From NCBI RefSeq assembly GCF_001194135.2, contig NC_069006.1:22839188-22878793 (forward strand): a DNA stretch of 39,606 bases. The letters are read 5' to 3'. The stretch's first letter is position 1. The number at the start of each line of letters is the position of its first letter. The position numbers were made by a program, and so were the translations under genes. Of this stretch, positions 1 to 10,514 are shown one piece after another. The notes under the pieces are model-generated. The model worked only from the letters and a program-made list of their open reading frames with translations. It had not been told where the DNA came from and did not search any database. Source of the stretch: Octopus bimaculoides. Its lineage: Eukaryota.

Positions 1-20
1 TATATATATATATATATATA
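1..20. repeat. Terminal (TA)n, also at 39577-39606. Other microsatellites include (GA)n 3324-3376, (CA)n about 10788-10832, (GT)n 15034-15057, (CA)n 18240-18272, (TA)n 22555-22595 and (TA)n 33669-33700
   Basis: Visible directly. Confidence 0.95.
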
Positions 21-114
21 TGGTTTAAACAGTAAGACTGAAATAGTAAGTTAATATGATTCACACAATTTGTGAAATTGAAGATAAATTTTTTTTTCCA
101 TAAAAATGCTTCTT

Positions 115-169
115 CTATTTGAAATTCACTCCAGTACTAAAAAGCTTCCCCAATCCTGCTCTGATGTGT
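115..169 (-). CDS. Possible short terminal exon of the minus-strand gene ((I)HIRAGLGKLFSTGVNFK*)
   Basis: Pyrimidine-rich acceptor cttctactttccttattatcag| at 169, phase 2 compatible, TAG at 117-115. No other support; the gene may instead continue beyond the window. Confidence 0.2.
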
Positions 170-469
170 CTGATAATAAGGAAAGTAGAAGCAGAGACCA
201 CTTAGATCAAGTTTGAAGATAATATTTTCTTAATTTCACCAAAAAACAGTAAACTGAGTTGACAGGATTTAACACACTTGCTAAAGAACAAATATATATA
301 ATTCATAAACAATGCTGTGCTGTGTTGTTCCTTCTTTTCACTTCACACACATTTAAAAACTGTGACACATATAACTGGCTGAAATGACAGATGGGAGTCT
401 AATTCTACCTATTCTACTATTAAAAATCTGGCAACCAGCAAAATCATAAATAGTTCACACTCCAACTCT

Positions 470-1150
470 GTTAGTGTTCTACTTAAACTTTTGCATGTTG
501 ACAACTGTAGGAAAGAGATGAATAGGATGGAGATTTCAGAGGTCAACTATTATGAAGAGAGGACCGGATATAGTATGCAGAGCAGGACCTGGTCCTGAGA
601 CACCAAGGCAGATGAGATGAGAAGAGAAGAGACAAGTGGCTTGAAGTGCATGAGTGGAGGTGGCTCAAGATCAACCAGTTTCAAAGATCAGAAGCCATTA
701 TTATAGAAGTAGAAAAGATTGGGAGAAGAAATAGCATGCATGGAGGCCCCAAATTAGAGCATGTTAACGAGTGATTTTACACCAATCAGTCAAGTGGCTT
801 GTCTCTGGATACAAGCAAGGAAGTCTGTTTCTGTAGCTGAAGCACCATCCCAGATATGGGAGAACTATTCCATTATGGGCTTCACTTGAGCTTTGTAGAG
901 AATCAACAACTGTTGGGGGCTGATGAAATTTGTGGAACTGTAGAGAATGACATGTGGTCTTAGACATATTAAGAATGTACTTTATCCATGAGAGACTTTT
1001 GGCGATAGTGAGGCCTAATGTCTGGAGCAACTGTGAGGGCTCTGACTGAGTGCTGCTCATGTCTAAGTGGAGTGTGATGCAATGATGTTTTCTTGATATG
1101 AGTAGTGACTGTGTATGTTATTTTTTGACATGGTCCTTTTAGAAGATGTT
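470..1150 (-). mobile_element. Degraded CR1/L2-like LINE, ORF2 reverse-transcriptase C-terminal fragment, in an intron of the minus-strand gene
   Basis: Minus-strand translation across frameshifts and stops gives TQSLLISRK..., QTLGLTIAKSLSWIKYILNM, YKAQVKPIME*FSHIWDGAS (about 897-838), LFYFYNNG and L*NLHPIHLFPTVVNMQKFK. These match, in the correct order, the LGL...LSW / YKAQVRP.MEY.SH.W.GA / LWN.LP..FP motifs of CR1/L2-clade RT C-termini (from memory). This explains ORF 764..1060. Confidence 0.8.
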
Positions 1151-1255
1151 TTTAAGGTTTCCTATATAACCTTACTGTGCAGCATGTTGACAAAATACCA
1201 AACTTTAGCATAACAAAGAATACACTTGGTTTCTTGAAAAAGAAAAAAGACTTAC

Positions 1256-1357
1256 ATGTTTTCGTTGCTAGCCTCAGCCTTTTCTAACTCAAGGTGGGCA
1301 TCTTCTTCTTCCTCATTTAAAATGAAAATTCTTTCTTGACATTGCTTAAATTCCTCC
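1256..1357 (-). CDS. Coding exon 3 of the unrecognised acidic coiled-coil protein (EEFKQCQERIFILNEEEEDAHLELEKAEASNEN)
   Basis: Acceptor tttttag|G at 1357 and donor AT|gtaagt at 1256. 102 bp, phase 2-2, no stop. Joins exon 2 in frame (TG+G = Trp). Missed by the ORF track. Confidence 0.8.
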
Positions 1358-2376
1358 CTAAAAATGAGTTTAAACATTACAATGATGATGATGATAAGGA
1401 TGAGAGGAAGTAAAGTAGCAATAAAGATATCTTATTAAAGTATAAGACTGATTTTGTTTGTTTTTGAAGAGAATTATTATTAACTGAATTGACTTATCTA
1501 TTACTGGTTCTTATTTTTTCCCAGAATGAAAGCTTCTATGAAGAAACCTCACCAACTATCTTATAGATTAAATGTAGAGTTAAAATAACTAAGTGAATAC
1601 AGCAGTTAGATCAAATCCACAGTGGTCATTTATCTCATTGTCTCTTAGTTGTAATATGTTCTTTTCATTCTGTCTCAATTCATGTAATCTTGAGGAAATA
1701 TGTACCAGTACATGTAAGATATTAATATCTTATCAAAGAGGAAGATTTGTTTTTTAACTCCTTACTGCTATAGAAACTCAACTCAGGAATTTCTTCTATC
1801 AGCTCTTGTGGTTTATGTCAAAGGATTAATTTTTACTATGTCAGATAGTCATGATAAACTTTTGTCACATTAACTGAAGCCATGTGTACTTTTATCTTAG
1901 ATTTTTCCTAAAATAACAGACCATATATTTTTTTCCTTGGCTATCTTGCTTTTCCTTAAGTCAAGTTATTTTTAACTTGTTCAAATCAGAGATTCACACA
2001 TGTTTCTTTTTTCAGCAAAAGTGTTTTTTCTCATCTTCTAAAGTTTTCACATGGTATTCTTCTTTCTCACTTTTAATCTTTTATTTGAAGTTATCTGAAA
2101 CAAAATTTGTTTTCTTCATCTTCTTAATTTAAAAAAAATAATTACAAATTTAAAGAAATCTAGTAAAATAATTAACTTTGTCGTTATTAAACAAGTGCTT
2201 TGGACTTTTTATATAAGATTTTGATGGTTTGAATACAAAACATATTCAAAATGGTAGGTAGATCTATGTGAAAGAACCTGAAGCAACTTCAGAGAGGCTG
2301 CTTTTAAAAGGGTTAAAAGCAAAATTATTGGTACCAAAATATTGGATAAAAATTCATTTGATAAAAAAGGACTAAC

Positions 2377-2514
2377 CATAACTGATCGAGGTTGATCTGA
2401 GATCTCTCAAAGTTACTGTCTAGAAGGCTGAGATAGCGTTGTAGTTCAAGATAATTGTGAAGATTCAGCTGGACTTCTGGACTTTTGTCCTTTTCATTAT
2501 CTTCTTCAAAACTT
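2377..2514 (-). CDS. Coding exon 2 of the same gene (SFEEDNEKDKSPEVQLNLHNYLELQRYLSLLDSNFERSQINLDQLW)
   Basis: Acceptor tttgtcttatag|A at 2514 and donor TG|gttagt at 2377. 138 bp, phase 2-2. Lies inside ORF 2325..2525. Leucines are heptad-spaced. Confidence 0.8.
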
Positions 2515-2817
2515 CTATAAGACAAATAAAGTACTTATTAAAAATCCAATAACTAAAGTTAACCTCTTATTCTTTTACTGGTTTCAGTTGTCGGAATGTA
2601 GCTATGGTAGCTATGGTAGCTATGATCAGGTAAAAGTTTCAAAGTTTTTAGTCAATTATGAATCTCATTACTCATTTCAGTCTGCTACTTATTATATTGG
2701 TTTTTATTTATTAAATAGCTAAGTTACTTTTGGTGTAAATGGATGAAATGCAATGCACCATTTTTATGTGGTACATACAAATACACATTTACATACACAC
2801 GCACACGATGGTGAAAG

Positions 2818-2960
2818 AGTGTGGGTTAGTGGTTAGGGTGTTAAAATTACAATCATAAAGGAGTGGGTTAGATTCTGCGACTAAGTGGCAAATTGTGTTC
2901 TTGAGAAAGGTAGTTAATTTCACATTGCTCCAGTATACTCAGCTGAAATTTGTAGTCTTC
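2818..2960 (+). mobile_element. tRNA-type SINE, 5' portion (family starting ...tagtggttagggtg...)
   Basis: ttagtggttagggtg (A-box-like), then ttgtgttcttgag...tttcacattgctccagtatactcagctg, matches a cephalopod SINE consensus I recall. Explains ORF 2868..3083. Confidence 0.6.
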
Positions 2961-3101
2961 TCTCTTACAGCTGCCATCTTCTGGAAGTTCTGCTAGGTTA
3001 AGAGTAGGAGAACTGAGTAGGTGTCTGCTCATTATTATATAGGCACCTAAAACAAATAGTGAAAGCAAGTACCATGCTTTCACTGACTGGTACTTACTTC
3101 C

Positions 3102-3185
3102 TACAGTTTCTTTCTACCAAAATTCATAACCCAAGGCTATGGGAGAAGACACTCGGCCCAACGTGATGATCAGTAAAACCATGGA
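3102..3185 (-). mobile_element. Degraded SINE remnant (same family as 21645-21795)
   Basis: cagtttctttctaccaaa...ccaaggctatgggagaagacactcggcccaacgtg aligns by eye to the reverse complement of the 21645-21795 copy and to 22595-22745. Confidence 0.5.
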
Positions 3186-3436
3186 AGAATGTAGGTGTGA
3201 AGTGAACTTCTTAACTTCTTTATCATATAGCTATAGCTATATCTATACTAAGTTTTCATATATTTTATTGATTTTCTTCTTTTTAGTAAATTAAATCACT
3301 TGTGAAGGTCAGGTTTAAAATAGGGAGAGAGAGAGAGAGAGAGAAAAAAAGAGATTGAGAAAGAGAGAGAGAGAGATGAACTCTTTTTTTAACAGATAAG
3401 CTTTGTAACAGAAGAATTATTCATGAACAAACTCAC

Positions 3437-3738
3437 ATGTGACTAGCACCTGAAGACAGAGATAAAGTTTCATCATCAGACTCAGGTCCCCACTGTTCAA
3501 GATCATGAAATGCCTTTTCTTTCACATCTTGTGGGTCCCTCGATATATGCCCAATACCTTCTTTTGTGTACTCCACTTCATTAGGAATATCTGTGTACTC
3601 TCCTTTATTGAGAGTGTCTGTGTGTGCTACTTCATTCGGAACATCAGGCATCAAAATTTCAATTTGTTTCAGAAGTTCTTCTTCTGGTACCTCATTCTTT
3701 TCCTTCCGTTCTTCATCCAACTTATCCACTTTGTCCAT
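3437..3738 (-). CDS. First coding exon of the same gene (MDKVDKLDEERKEKNEVPEEELLKQ...SLSSGASH)
   Basis: Open acidic frame (ORF 3433..3738) with donor AT|gtgagt at 3437, phase 2, in frame with exon 2. Upstream acceptor ttttttgttgaaaacag| at 3756 is followed by an in-frame TAA, so the ATG at 3738 (context attATGG) is the probable start. An alternative acceptor at 3748 would make it an internal exon. Confidence 0.75.
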
Positions 3739-5319
3739 AATGTATTTCCTGTCTTACTGTTTTCAACAAAAAATTATATCAATTTGTTAATAAACATCAA
3801 AGAAAAAGTGACTTAGTTTAAACTCTTCTGATACTAAACTACTTGAAACTGTCCCTAGTTCTACGAATGAAAACTATCTATCTTTAAGTGTTACTATTGA
3901 AATTAAATAATTCCATAATGATCTTGTGTAAGAAATTTTTGTTAAGTTATGTATCAGACATTGATTAATAATAAAGAAAGCTAATTGTTAAGTCCCTCTT
4001 GATTTATCATAATTTTCAAAATCCAGTAAAACAAGCAGTGTAGCATATTAGAAAGGGTTAACTTGAACAAAAAAATATAACTGCTTGTTAATTGTAATAT
4101 GAAAACTAAATATAAACACTCAGAAGCTATATATACATGCAAATACATTGCATATGTTCAACATCTATCGGTTACCCTTTGTGTATCCTCAATACATTCA
4201 TTTGTATACTCTACTTTACTGTATAGTGACTGTATAGACTGTTATTTATAAATTATTTATAAGAAGCATATACACATTGGGGATTGGAATATGAAAATCT
4301 CATCTACACATGTGTAAACATTCACAAATTATATACACATATATGTGTATATATGTATATATATAAATATATATATACATATATACACATGTTCTCTCTG
4401 AACATGATGGATGTTGCTTTTCTTTGGAGTAGGTATTTTTTGCATCTCTTCCTTTAGATTTTGAGGGAGTGTCATGAGCACCTTGTCACAAAAGATTAAG
4501 AAATCTCATACACTCTTCATTTCATCATTTTCATTCATGAATTTCTTTAATCAACTGTTTTTGTGAAAGAAATCTTGGATACACTACTGAGCTACTGTGG
4601 GTAACTTCTCTTATCAATTGTAAATCTTACAGTGTAGTTGCCAGCACTTACAATGGTGAATTATAACCGCCCTATGATACCCTGCTTACAGCTGGTTTGC
4701 TGAGAGCTTGGTACTTTGATTAGATATGTTACAGGAAGGTGGTAGATAGAGTATGAACTTTTAGCCCTTAGCTAGCAGTTCAGTCCGTTACTGGCTTAGC
4801 TAGCTGCATCCTTTTTAAATGACCTTAAGGTTCATTTATTTCTCAATCCCATGTATTCCAAGAGTTGGTATTGAAATTCTATATCAGATACAGAAAACAG
4901 GAAATGCTTTAGAAGACAGTCAGCCAACTAGTGGCATGCCATAAATATTGATAAATTAAATTTGAATAATGCTATTTCCTGGTGAAAAAGCATGCCTGTT
5001 TAGTCTCAGATCAACTCCGGTTGAACAAAATTACAAATGAAAGAAAAGCTAGATGGAATACAGTTGCCTGTTAATAACCTGTCATCTGCTTAAAACTACA
5101 TAAAACTACTTGTTTCTATTGTTTAACCTCACGTAGACCTAACTAACAGAGAACTTGTGACCATAGACATTCCAGCCCTGAACATCACAAAATTTAGTAA
5201 AGAAGGAAGCATGTGATTCAAGGAGATTCCACTTTTATTTATTTATTATAAAGTTTAGATGCAATACAATACGGCAATTTATAGACTAAAACATACAACA
5301 CACTCCAAGGCACGCACAC

Positions 5320-5520
5320 ATTCTCTGGTTTAAGATTATTTCCACTCGGTCTTTGGAACTGAAACCCACAGACAAATGTGTTTATACTACTTCGTATATT
5401 ATAGACGTACAAGTCAGTCTTACGAGAATTTCAAACATTCACGCACTCGAAATCGTAGAAACGCACACCTACTCAAGAGGTCCAAGAATAACAAAATAAA
5501 ATAACAAAACAAAACAAAGA
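5320..5520 (-). promoter_or_regulatory. Candidate 5'UTR exons / promoter-proximal region of the minus-strand gene
   Basis: CpG-rich patch (10 CpG in 5270-5465). Minus-strand donor C|gtaaga at 5423, acceptor gggtttcag| at 5358, weaker donor at 5319. Inference only. Confidence 0.3.
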
Positions 5521-6199
5521 CAAGCTTTCATTTGCTATATGAGCAATTGGGATATATATATATCACATTTTTCTACATATATATATAATCGTTTGAGTTT
5601 GGAACAGTTTCTACTGCAGTCTCTCAAAAGAATAGATATCTTAGCAGCAACACACTATGGGCTTTATAGTAAATACATACCTAACAAAAACAAACAGTTT
5701 GTTGTTTAATTTCGAATAAAGATTTCACCAGGGCAATTAACAACGCTTGGTGGTTGCTTGTTACTAAGGCAACGAAGCACCAATAACGAAACAGTTTTCT
5801 CCCTTAGTTGAACAGAGTTAAAGCCCTTTGACACAGAATGACCATAACGTTTATGGAAATTAATGTTAAAAAATAAGTTAAAAACAAACAACTATTTAGG
5901 AATGATTATGCGGTGAGGAGAAAATTCATCATTAGCTCAATGATTAATATTATTTTAATCATTTTGACATGTTTAAAAGCCAACTCTGCACATGTTTCTA
6001 TAGGAGTAGATCTTAAGTAGTGATGAGCGAAGCAATCAGAAGAGGTACATGATTATGCGTGAAAAATCAACATATTGAAAAGTAAAATAAATCACACAGT
6101 GAAAAACAACAGTGAAACTTGTGATGATATTTATTGAAGTGAGCGTTAAGAAGAAAAAAAAAACCGGAAATAATATTGCACTGAAGAAAAGACATTAAC

Positions 6200-8620
6200 T
6201 TGGTTCTTTTTTTGTTTAGCATAACGTCCGATATTCACACATTCGTGTTCCATCCTCCACAATATTACAGGCCTCATGAAAATGAAAAGGGCTTCAAATA
6301 AGAACGAAAATCAAACTGCAGCCTTTATTAGGCAGCATCTCACTTTTTGATCTACGTCTTGGGGAATTTCATTTACTATTTCTAAGAATGTTGTGGTTGT
6401 GGCAGCAATGCCTACCTTTATATTGATCGATACTTCTGACGACATAAGTTATACACCTATCTTCAACTACTAATTTGGTTTTGCCTGTAAGGTATTTTTG
6501 TATTCGTTCCTCAATAATTCTTTTCACTAAAGGCACAAAGCCTGACATTTGGGGTTGGGGTGGGAGATAGGAATGGTCGGGAGGAATTTCAACCATGTTT
6601 CGTGGTCTGCTACCACAACAGCTCCTTTATAGGATCCAGTTAGCTCAAGACATCATCAGGAGGAACCACGTCCGGTTTCGGCCCCTACTCCTCTACCGTT
6701 TTGACGTGGCGCCCCCCCCCCCTTTCGGAGGTGTCTTCACTTCTGGTGTTGGGTGCGTGTCTTCTTTCTTCTATTCCCTGGCCTCTTCGATGCAGCATCA
6801 ACGAGTGTCAGCGTCCGACTGACTGTCTTGTCAAATTCCCCTTTTTNNNNNNNNNNNNNNNNNNNNNNNNNNNNNNNNNNNNNNNNNNNNNNNNNNNNNN
6901 NNNNNNNNNNNNNNNNNNNNNNNNNNNNNNNNNNNNNNNNNNNNNNNNNNNNNNNNNNNNNNNNNNNNNNNNNNNNNNNNNNNNNNNNNNNNNNNNNNNN
7001 NNNNNNNNNNNNNNNNNNNNNNNNNNNNNNNNNNNNNNNNNNNNNNNNNNNNNNNNNNNNNNNNNNNNNNNNNNNNNNNNNNNNNNNNNNNNNNNNNNNN
7101 NNNNNNNNNNNNNNNNNNNNNNNNNNNNNNNNNNNNNNNNNNNNNNNNNNNNNNNNNNNNNNNNNNNNNNNNNNNNNNNNNNNNNNNNNNNNNNNNNNNN
7201 NNNNNNNNNNNNNNNNNNNNNNNNNNNNNNNNNNNNNNNNNNNNNNNNNNNNNNNNNNNNNNNNNNNNNNNNNNNNNNNNNNNNNNNNNNNNNNNNNNNN
7301 NNNNNNNNNNNNNNNNNNNNNNNNNNNNNNNNNNNNNNNNNNNNNNNNNNNNNNNNNNNNNNNNNNNNNNNNNNNNNNNNNNNNNNNNNNNNNNNNNNNN
7401 NNNNNNNNNNNNNNNNNNNNNNNNNNNNNNNNNNNNNNNNNNNNNNNNNNNNNNNNNNNNNNNNNNNNNNNNNNNNNNNNNNNNNNNNNNNNNNNNNNNN
7501 NNNNNNNNNNNNNNNNNNNNNNNNNNNNNNNNNNNNNNNNNNNNNNNNNNNNNNNNNNNNNNNNNNNNNNNNNNNNNNNNNNNNNNNNNNNNNNNNNNNN
7601 NNNNNNNNNNNNNNNNNNNNNNNNNNNNNNNNNNNNNNNNNNNNNNNNNNNNNNNNNNNNNNNNNNNNNNNNNNNNNNNNNNNNNNNNNNNNNNNNNNNN
7701 NNNNNNNNNNNNNNTTGAGATTTCTTGTGTGTATGTTTCTTTTTTGGTTTTCGTGTCGGAGGGGAATGGGTAGGCTCGGTGTCTGTGTGGGGGGAGGGTC
7801 TGAGAGGGCATGGGTGGGGTGGAGTTCAGAATTCAAATTACTTACCTTCTTCCTTTTCTTTCCGCCTACCACGCTTCTTCTTCTGGTAGTTTCTCTTCCT
7901 CTTTTTTCTAATATCTCTGCAGGTTCCTCTGCTTTCTTTGACTGTTCTTCCACTTTTTTCTCGGGCAGCGAAGGGTAGTCCGCTCTAATGTGGCCCTTTA
8001 GATCACATTTGTAGCATATTGGGACTCTGCCCTTCACCTTGACCCTCATCTCTACTTCATCAAAAAAGACCATTTCTGTTATCTTTTCCAAGGCTTCCGC
8101 TGTTATCTCGAGTGTCTTTTCCCTCCACATCTCGCATCTGGTTCCCGTGGCCTGAAGCACAGCTATATCGTCCTCCAGACCACGTCTATTTCGGGTGGAA
8201 TACTTTCAACTATATGCTAGTTACTCTTCTGCCCATATAAGTGGGCAACAGCACTATTTTTTCGTTCTTTATTGTCTTTGCTGCCTGTTTCTTTGCGTTT
8301 TGTTCTTCTGCGAACCTCACCTCCACTGTACCAAATCTCGTTCCTCTCCTTACAAAGACTATATCCTGCCACATAAGCCTTAGTATTTTTTCTATTTGGC
8401 ATGTATTTATGTTTCAATCCTACCTTGAGAATGTTTTGTATGTAATTGTTTTCTTTCTGATACCTTCCAACATTTCCTTTAGAGGGGACAACTCCACGTT
8501 GTACCCCTCTCTTCAGGTCAAATTTTTAAAATTACTGATTCTCTTGATGCCAATCTCCTCTTCCTTCTGTCTTGTCACTTCCGCGAAGTTTTTCTTTTTT
8601 CATCTTTCTTAATTATTTCA
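6200..8620 (-). mobile_element. Decayed L1/Tx1-like retroelement: ORF1 (gag-like) with a degenerate CCHC zinc knuckle; interrupted by an assembly gap
   Basis: Frameshifted minus-strand ORF from about 8603: NFAEVTRQ...VFVRRGTRFGTVEVRFAEE...LLPTYMGRRVTSI / VESIPPEIDVVW / ...RVKVKGRVPICYKCDLKGHIRADYP (Cx2Cx4Hx4[Y]), then a Lys/Glu/Pro-rich low-complexity tail. More GC-rich than the flanks. Boundaries are approximate, the 3' end especially. Confidence 0.7.
6847..7714. other. Assembly gap (868 N)
   Basis: Run of N. Other gaps lie at 20075-20173, 23510-23708, 28051-28060 and 30726-30825; these four abut microsatellites. Confidence 1.
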
Positions 8621-8924
8621 TTCATTTTTCCTACTGCTCTAAACAGTTCTTCTGACGACGACGATAGTTCAGACCCACTAATGTTTGAAAAAAAACATAA
8701 ACTTCTTTTTCTCCAAAGCTAACTCTCCTCTCTTGAGGAGAGATTACACAAACAATTTGCTGCAAAGCAACACAAAAACAATTAACAAAGTGTTTTTTTT
8801 TTAAAAACACTGAACAAAAACAAAAAGATGTTAACACTGAAAATTACCGTCAAACTGACTCACGTACACCTTGTAAAACACCGGAAACGTGCCACCAATT
8901 CTGCCGACTCGCTGCCTTCTAATG

Positions 8925-9120
8925 AACGTTAGCACGCCGGACAAAATGTTTAGCGGCATTTATTCCGGTTTAACGTTCTGAGTTAAAATTCCGCCGATGT
9001 CGAGTTTCCTTTTCTTCTTTCCGAGGTCGATAAGATAAATACCAGTTGGGTATAAGTGCCGATGTAATCGCCTCGCCCCTCTCACAAAATTTCAGGCCTT
9101 GTGCCTATAGTAGAAAGAAG
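8925..9120 (+). mobile_element. tRNA-derived SINE (ggcgagctggcagaa... family), slightly 5'-truncated
   Basis: aacgttagcacgccgg...gttctgagttaaaattccgccga (B-box-like)...gtcgataag...aaaatttcaggccttgtgcctatagtagaaag. Homologous to 9141, 11641, 11863, 26033 and 29086 within this window. Confidence 0.85.
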
Positions 9121-9140
9121 AAAAGGAAAAAAAAAACTAG

Positions 9141-9350
9141 GGTGGCGAGCTGGCTGAACCGTAAGCACGCAGGATTAAGTGCTTAGCAGTGGCAATTGTT
9201 CCGGCTTTACATTCTCATTTCAAAATTCCGCCGAGATCGACTCTGCCTTTCATCCGTTAAGAGTCGATCAAATAAGGACCAGTCGAATACTAATGTCGAT
9301 GTAATTGAACAGCCTCTCCTCACAAAATTTCAAACCTTGTGTTGATAATA
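9141..9350 (+). mobile_element. Same SINE family, full length, inserted just after the A-rich tail of the previous copy
   Basis: ggtggcgagctggctgaaccgtaagcacgc...caaaattccgccgagatcgactctgcctttcatcc...cacaaaatttcaaaccttgtg. Confidence 0.85.
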
Positions 9351-9950
9351 ATACTAATAATAAGTACTATTTCAAGCTTTTCTATGATTTCCCAAACCAC
9401 CTAAACGAAGTAGTTGGGAATTTGAAATTGCTTGTTAGATTAGAAAAATGTTTTTGAAAGTCTAATCTAATGTGAAGCACATAATCAAATGGATAATAAA
9501 TTTGGATATTCAAACCAGCAGCATTAGTCGAAAGATAAATATGGAACAGCGTAAAATAAGTAAGAAAAATTTCAAGCAATAAATATATGTGAAAATAAGC
9601 CTTTTACTACTGGGACAAAGCCCGTTGCAGCAAACTGGTCTAGTGACTTCTTTCTTCGGGCAGCTTCTTGGAAAGAGACAATAACACTGGCCAACACATT
9701 TTTTGTTCCATTGATACCAACTCATGGTATTACCTACTTTGAATATGCTGAATTCAAATATGAAATAATTTTTCTCTGCACGAAGAGGAAGTCTTCATGG
9801 TTTACCACAGACTTAATAGGTTAAAGGACTTATCACGTAATTTGACTGCAATAACGTTGAACAGGTCAAGCGACTACTTAGAATCTACATCGGTACTTTT
9901 GAAAATTGTCTATCGTTGGATGTTAAGTATGTTATTGGAATACTCGTGTA

Positions 9951-10514
9951 CGGACCATTTTTAAAACGGGGGCCACATTTTTCATTAATGTTTTACGTAG
10001 TCTTTTTGGTACCGAAAGACTTTCAAACTTCGTATACTTATCTATTTTGTGTTATAGAACAGAAAAATATTTTTGTATTCGAATTTATTTCATGTAAAAA
10101 ATTGTCTTATTTCGATAATTTCAACCAATGACTGACAAGTATTCAGTTGTTTATATTTACTCCTTTGGCTGATTAAGCCATAGCTTCGTTTTATTTGCTT
10201 TTTTCATTTTCTTCGTTTTATTTGCTTTTTTCTTTTTAAATTTGCTGTTTTACCCTAACCCTATCACCGATAGAATTGTTTCAGAGTCGTTTGTTTATGT
10301 AGTCGGCACTTAATGTATATCGGCTGAATGGACGTCAGTGATTGGTTGAAATTACAGAAATACGACAACTTTAACATGGAATAACTTAGGGATTTCTTTA
10401 TTTTTTAAGAAGACTAAGAGAAAAAGATGTTTTATATAACACATTCTACCAGTGTTCCAAGTTTCAAAGTGTTTCGTTAATGAAAAATGTGGCCCCCGTT
10501 TTAAAAAAGATCCG
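9951..10514. mobile_element. Foldback/MITE-like non-autonomous DNA element with terminal and internal inverted repeats
   Basis: cggaccatttttaaaacgggggccacatttttcattaa (from 9951) is the near-perfect reverse complement of ttaatgaaaaatgtggcccccgttttaaaaaagatccg (to 10514). A second inverted pair is aatttcaaccaatgactgac (about 10118-10137) versus gtcagtgattggttgaaatt (about 10334-10353). No ORF. Confidence 0.85.

Noticed and set aside
2868-3083. 71-aa minus-strand ORF with a hydrophobic, signal-like start
   Set aside because: Largely antisense to a SINE (2818-2960). Its possible splice phases (1-1) do not fit the phase-2 gene.
3505-3816. 103-aa Phe-rich plus-strand ORF (also 3566..3790)
   Set aside because: Antisense shadow of the Glu/Lys-rich coding exon.
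6701-7978. Long ORFs of 321-450 aa spanning 6.7-8.1 kb
   Set aside because: Lengths are artefacts of translating through 868 N. Only the zinc-knuckle portion is meaningful.
9510-9824. Cys-rich minus-strand ORF (9510..9725) and an 86-codon open plus-strand frame (9564-9824) in the same register
   Set aside because: The Cys codons are simply the complement of Thr/Ala codons. There are no convincing splice sites or motifs, and a few frames this long are expected by chance in 40 kb.
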